A stretch of DNA of 64,000 nucleotides, from assembly GCF_964204645.1 (NCBI RefSeq), contig NC_134029.1:21632950-21696949 (forward strand), written 5' to 3'. Shown here one piece after another: positions 54,601 to 60,600 of this stretch. The notes beneath the pieces are model-generated. The model saw only the letters and a program-made list of their open reading frames with translations, was not told where the DNA came from and did not search any database. How positions within the stretch are numbered: the first letter of the stretch is position 1; every line of letters starts with the position of its first letter. The translations under genes and the position numbers were made by a program. Origin of the DNA: Tubulanus polymorphus (Eukaryota > Animalia > Nemertea).

Positions 54601-57600
54601 ATCGCTGAACAGACAGGCATTCAATTCAATTCGTTCGCTATTTTTCAGACGCTTAAAAAGATGCAGCCTAAAGATATTAAAAGACAGGATCATTTATACG
54701 GTAGGTAGTTGAATCAATTTATTTTTTATGGTCGGGCTTCCGTGAGACCCTTATTCTCATACTGTTTGTAGGTCTTTCAGCTACAGCTCCATTAACAGTG
54801 GGTCGATCTTGACAAAATTTTTGTACAATCTTAGTATGGGGATCTAGTTGTGCAGTGCAAACAATGGGCCCAATTTGCCACCTAGAGGCAAAACCAGGCA
54901 TTGAAAACTGTTTTTCGGCGATATGACCTTGAAGATGATCTGAAAACTGAGGAATGGGGGCGAAATTCAAAAAGTTGTCTCGACAAAATTTAGCTTTTGG
55001 CCCTAGATACAACCATGGATATATAAACTAGTTTACAACATATCCAAAATGGGAACTAATGCGTGGTAATCGAGTTCAACCTGGATCCATAGAGAACCGT
55101 TGACGCCTACGGCTTGTTTTCAAGAAAATCCTTCAAAAATTGTGTATTTCATTCTTTATCCATCTACGTTTATTATATAGAACTTGTACTGACTGAAAGA
55201 CATCATTACAGAACTCTGAAAATAATGCAAAAGGTAAGATACTTTTTCAGTCAATACTGATATTTTTTGCAATCGAAAAACGATTTTTGTGAGGTGGTGT
55301 GAAATGTTATTTTAGATATTCGCACGCGGTATGGCCAGGGAAGTGCAGCTCAGTCAAGATAAGATCAGTCGCATATTCCCGAAGTTAGAGATGCTCATAG
55401 AAATTCACGATACATTCCTATCGAACCTAGAAGGTCTTCAACAACTTAAAAAAGATGGAAGTATAGACCAGATAGGTGATTTACTCATTGAACAGGTAAG
55501 CTGAATTATTCTGACCTGTTGCAGATGACTGTTTACAGTATGGTAGACATTTGCATTGTTGCTCTTGTTTCAGTTTCAAGGTGAAAATGCCACTAAACTC
55601 GTAACAGCCTACGGTGATTTCTGTAGTAAACACAATGATGCTGTCAACTATTATAAAGATTTGCACAAGTCCGATAAGAAATTTCAAGCTTTTATTAAGG
55701 TAAATATGTTGATCACAATATCCGTGATGAGACAATAAGTAAATAATGTCGAAATCAGCTGAAATATTTGAATTAACTGTTTAGTCATTCATTCAATTAT
55801 TGTGGGATTTTACACCTTTTATTAAGGTAGGTCATAAAGCAAATACCCTGATCGAGACATTTTATTGGATTATTTTGTAGAAATGTAGCATTAGTCCAGT
55901 ATGCAAGCGTCAGGGAATACCAGAATGCATTTTATTAGTTACTCAACGTATGACTAAATATCCACTTCTGTTAGAGCCCATTATCAAAACTACTAAAGGT
56001 ACAGTTTATCAATACTACAGTAGATTATGAAGCGTCTTTCGACGACTTTCTTAGAATGTAGTTTCAGTTTTCTGGAATTTACACTTTACAGATAAAACCG
56101 ATAGAGAAAATGTCCACAAAGCGTTGATATTGATCAAGCGTATTCTAGCGGAAGTTGATAAACAAGTGGAAGCGTTTGAGAAGTCTCAGAGATTCTTGGA
56201 CATATACAATAAACTGGACGCTCGGTCGTTTGCCTGGTTTAAAAAGGAACGCAAATTTAAGGTATTTATCGATGAGATGATTTAAGTTGTGTCGACATTT
56301 TATACTGCGCTGATACAAGCTTGAACTGTACATTAGAATCACCTCTGGCTTCGAAAGTATAGCTTAGTTAAAGCTATCGTGTGTGAATATCAGTGAATAC
56401 CCGTTACTATTTTAGAAATCTGACATTCTCAGTAATAATCGAAAGCTACTACACGAAGGTTTGATAAACTGGAAAACCGCGCGAGGGAAATTAACCGAAG
56501 TATTGGCCGTTATTATCACTGATGTCATGTTCTTCTTACAAGAGAATAATCAAAAATACACATTTTTTTCGCAAGATGGGAAGGTGAGAAAACCGCCAAA
56601 ATTTTCGAATCTAATTCACTAATTTTGTGATAAAAATACTGGTACATGGGCTTTCTTAACAACAACATCTCGTTGAAATGTTGCTTCCGTTGTTTTCGTT
56701 TAGTCGGCTGTGATCCCGTTATATCGTCTGCTAGTTAGAGAGAAAGGTGATACACGCGACAGTAAGGGAATATACGTGATCAATCAGAGTAGAAACTCGC
56801 CGGAAATGTACGAAATCGTCTGTAAATCTTCGGAACAGCGTCGTCAATGGATCGAAATTATGAGAAAAGCGATCAAAAATTGTCCGGTCGAGGAAGGTTC
56901 GTTTATATCCCGTTTATCAATACTACTTCATACGCAAGATAGGGTCATTGTTCACACGCGGTATGATGATTTCATTTTGTTATTGCAGAAGAGTCAATTC
57001 CTGTTCAAACTGAAGAGGAAAAACGTCTGCAAGAGGCGAAGGCTGCTAAACTAAAGGAACTCATCGGTAAATGTCTACTGTTTGCGTATTTGAAAAAGAG
57101 CTGCATCGTTTAGTCATAACATTCATGTTTTCATGCACCGGTATCTTACAGAGCACCTTCACCGACAAGATAAAGCAATACAGCGTAACTGTGATCAAAA
57201 GTTTAAATATTTGTTAGAAATATTAGAACTATCAACTGGCAGAGAAATACAGGTAACATTTGAGTCCGATAATGGAATAAAACTCGAAAAATTCTTACAT
57301 GAATTCGATTTCATAAGCTTCTGATTATTATTTCTTCTATTTAGACCCCGCCTCCCGTACAAGGAAAGTCTATGAAACAGCTCATAGAGATGACGTTTAG
57401 TGAAGGTGAGTTTCCAGGTTCCAGACTAACTATTAGCGATAGTGTGAACACGGTTTCCCTTTGAGCATTTCAATGAATTCAAGGTTAAGTTGTGTATTGT
57501 GCTTTAGCCTGAAAGATGGCGAACTTGTGATGATGGCAGTGTTTGTAGTATACACGTATCCTGTGACGAAACCTAGCGAAATTATTTTGTTTTTCAGTGA

Positions 57601-60600
57601 CACGACTTCAGTTAATGGTACAATCAACCGGTGGTAATCTGAATCGAAGTATTAGCAGCGCCGGTGAACGGGAATCAGCTCAATTCCAACCCGTTCCACT
57701 TCCAAAACGAGCGGAAACGTTTACCGCATTCGACGCGAAAAATGCAACTACGACGGGTAAAAATTCCGAATACTATAGCCGCGATCACACGTGTGTTTTT
57801 GGCCCGGAATAACTGTTCACACAGGACCCATGCCTGTTTGGCCCGACCAAAAACGTCGGACCAGGCCCGAGCCAAATTTTAGTACAGGTCAAAGTGTGTG
57901 AATTGCAACTCGTTCCTGAAGTGACTCACTTTGCTATGATTAAGCATTGTTTTGTATCAAGTGAGTGGTTTACATGTAAACGTGCTTTCTATTTTGGCAC
58001 GGGCCAAATTTGAATCCCGGCCAAATCTTCTCCGTGTGATCGCGACTTATGCGAAAATCTTTCTCTAGGGCAATAGCTGATTTTGAATTGTGAAATCTAC
58101 ATTTCTAGGATTTCCTTCCAAAATGAAAGCGGGTATATATCAAAGTGTGAAAGACGCCGCCGGTCGCAGCGCGAGCTTGCAAAATCTGAATCGTCAGGAA
58201 AGCGATTCGGATTTATTACTGACCGTCGATACTTCAAAGGTATATTTCTAATCTTAAAGACCGAAGACGTCGTTCCCATCGTTACTTCTTTTATCGATTC
58301 TATATTAACATTATTCCCCCAAATTTACAACACGCACCTAAATTATGTATGTATCATCACCCTTATTTCAAACCAAGAATAATTCAGTTAGGTGCACACG
58401 CAACGATATCATAGCAATCAGTGACGTTTTATAGCTTTAAATTAGACAGTATTAAAAACTGCACACACTGAGTATAGCTTCATAGCTTCAGTAAGCTGAT
58501 TTATCTGATTAAAGCAAGGGTGAGTTTATAGCTGAGCTTCAAGTTGCTGATTTTATTCTATATAGCTATGGAATATGCGTCGGGGTAGTGCTGGCCTCGC
58601 CGACAAAGAGAATAAAAAGGTAATCTCGTAGGACCATAGGCATATATGATAGCGAGCTTTAGTATATATGTCTATGCTTGGATGTTAAATCGATGTATGT
58701 ATACACCTGATGGGCTGTGCCGCTGCATGTATCCAATGAAACTCTTACCTTAGGCTGGCTGGCTATTCGCTCTATACACAACCACATTCAATTTTACACA
58801 CATATACATTTCATTCTCATCATTTTATATACTGTCATCAATCTTGTGGATGGAGTCAATGAAGTGTGGATAAAAGTCAATACAGCACAGACATGTATCA
58901 CCAATTACTTTCCCTCTACAATCGTCGGACCAATATTTCGAACTATCGATGAAATCTTAACTGTTCTATCCCGGTGATGTGTTGTTGCCCCTTAAGAAAT
59001 ACACGTATTTTACCAATTTTGTCACAAAGTTATGAAAGATCATTTCCGCGAATGTCCTCTGAATATGTTTACCTGTTTATTTGCATATGTATCGCAATTC
59101 ATCTTTGTGTTATATCTTCGGACACGTTGTTCATGTTGCATGTTTTCACCAGAAACTGTTTTCACAGTATGGGTTACTGCTTGTTCTAAGATAAGGCACC
59201 CAACTAATTCTTCAATATCTAAACGAACTCACAAACAAGTATCCATTTATATTATATAATATCGATTTCGACTGATATTGTATTCGGGGCAATTGCGAAA
59301 ATTATGTAACCTTCCGTATTCAAATTTATACCTAGCTTTCTCCATTTGCATGAGAGGACTTTGAGAAATTGTGATTTAATATTACGCCAATGTTGTTTAT
59401 TTATTTCAGCAGGAAAGAAACGACCGCCGGTTAAGTACGAGTTTTCTGCAAGGTATATTAAAACCACACGGAGAAAAGGATGGCAGTCCACCGGCGGATG
59501 GCGCCATGGCCACTACAGAACATCCGAGTTTTATCGGCGATGTCGGTGTCTCGTATAAAGCAATCGCGGCGACTTTTACATCTTTCCCTCAGTTGAGCAC
59601 AGAATTAGAGCAGACTCTAGTATACCTGGCTAGAAATGTACACGAGTTACTGGTAAGCATTTCTTGTCAACCTCGAAGCTTCGCTGATTAAGGAGCTTTC
59701 ATATTTTAGATCTCGTGATTTTCGGTTATGTTTCTCGCTTCTGATAATACCTGGTAGCTATAAAAAGAAAATCCGCACTAAACTTGAAACTATTTGCTTT
59801 TATGTCTCCTACTGAAATGTAAATACAGACATATCCAGACAAATTCGCTGATAATCACTGCATATCTGTCGGTGGAACTATGAAAACCTGACAGAATTGG
59901 ACTGAAAATTGTTTGCTTTCGGTTTGCGGTTGTCTTGATTGTGTGGTTTTCAGGGAATATTTGATCTAAAAATCTGTCAAAAAACATGCGACCGATATCA
60001 CAGACAAGTCGTATTATAGTTGATTTGAGGATAGATTGCTTGTTAAACAAAACACTTCACCAATACTTTCACTCTTATTGTACGCTTTATTTCTGCCAAA
60101 ACCCTTGAACTTGAAGTCAAATAAACATACGTATTTTGTCATTCTACTATTTCTCCTAACTAATCTTTTTTTTTGTACTAAGAAATGAACTTTTCAGAGA
60201 ACTGTTATAACCACAAAAATATGTTAGACAACCCTAATACTGATTACGTGTAATTGAGATAATATGGAAAATTCTGATTCTTAGAAACACCGCAGATCTA
60301 TCTTATCGATGACTTCTTTTCATCATGAGAGAGCAAAGCATTTTATAGATACCTTAATTTGAAAATTAATTAACGACGGACTCCTCTATACCTGATAAAA
60401 ACTACGAGTAGAATTATGGTTCCCTTATATGAGTTAATTACACCTTCCTATATGAACAGGAAATCTGTCGATATTAATCATGCTAATAATGTTAATTGTG
60501 TCATGCGATTTTATCCTGAAGAGAAACATATTGTTTCAGAACGGCGGAATGTCGAACTCTCCTTCATTTTTCATATGAATGACGGGTCATTAAAAACGAT

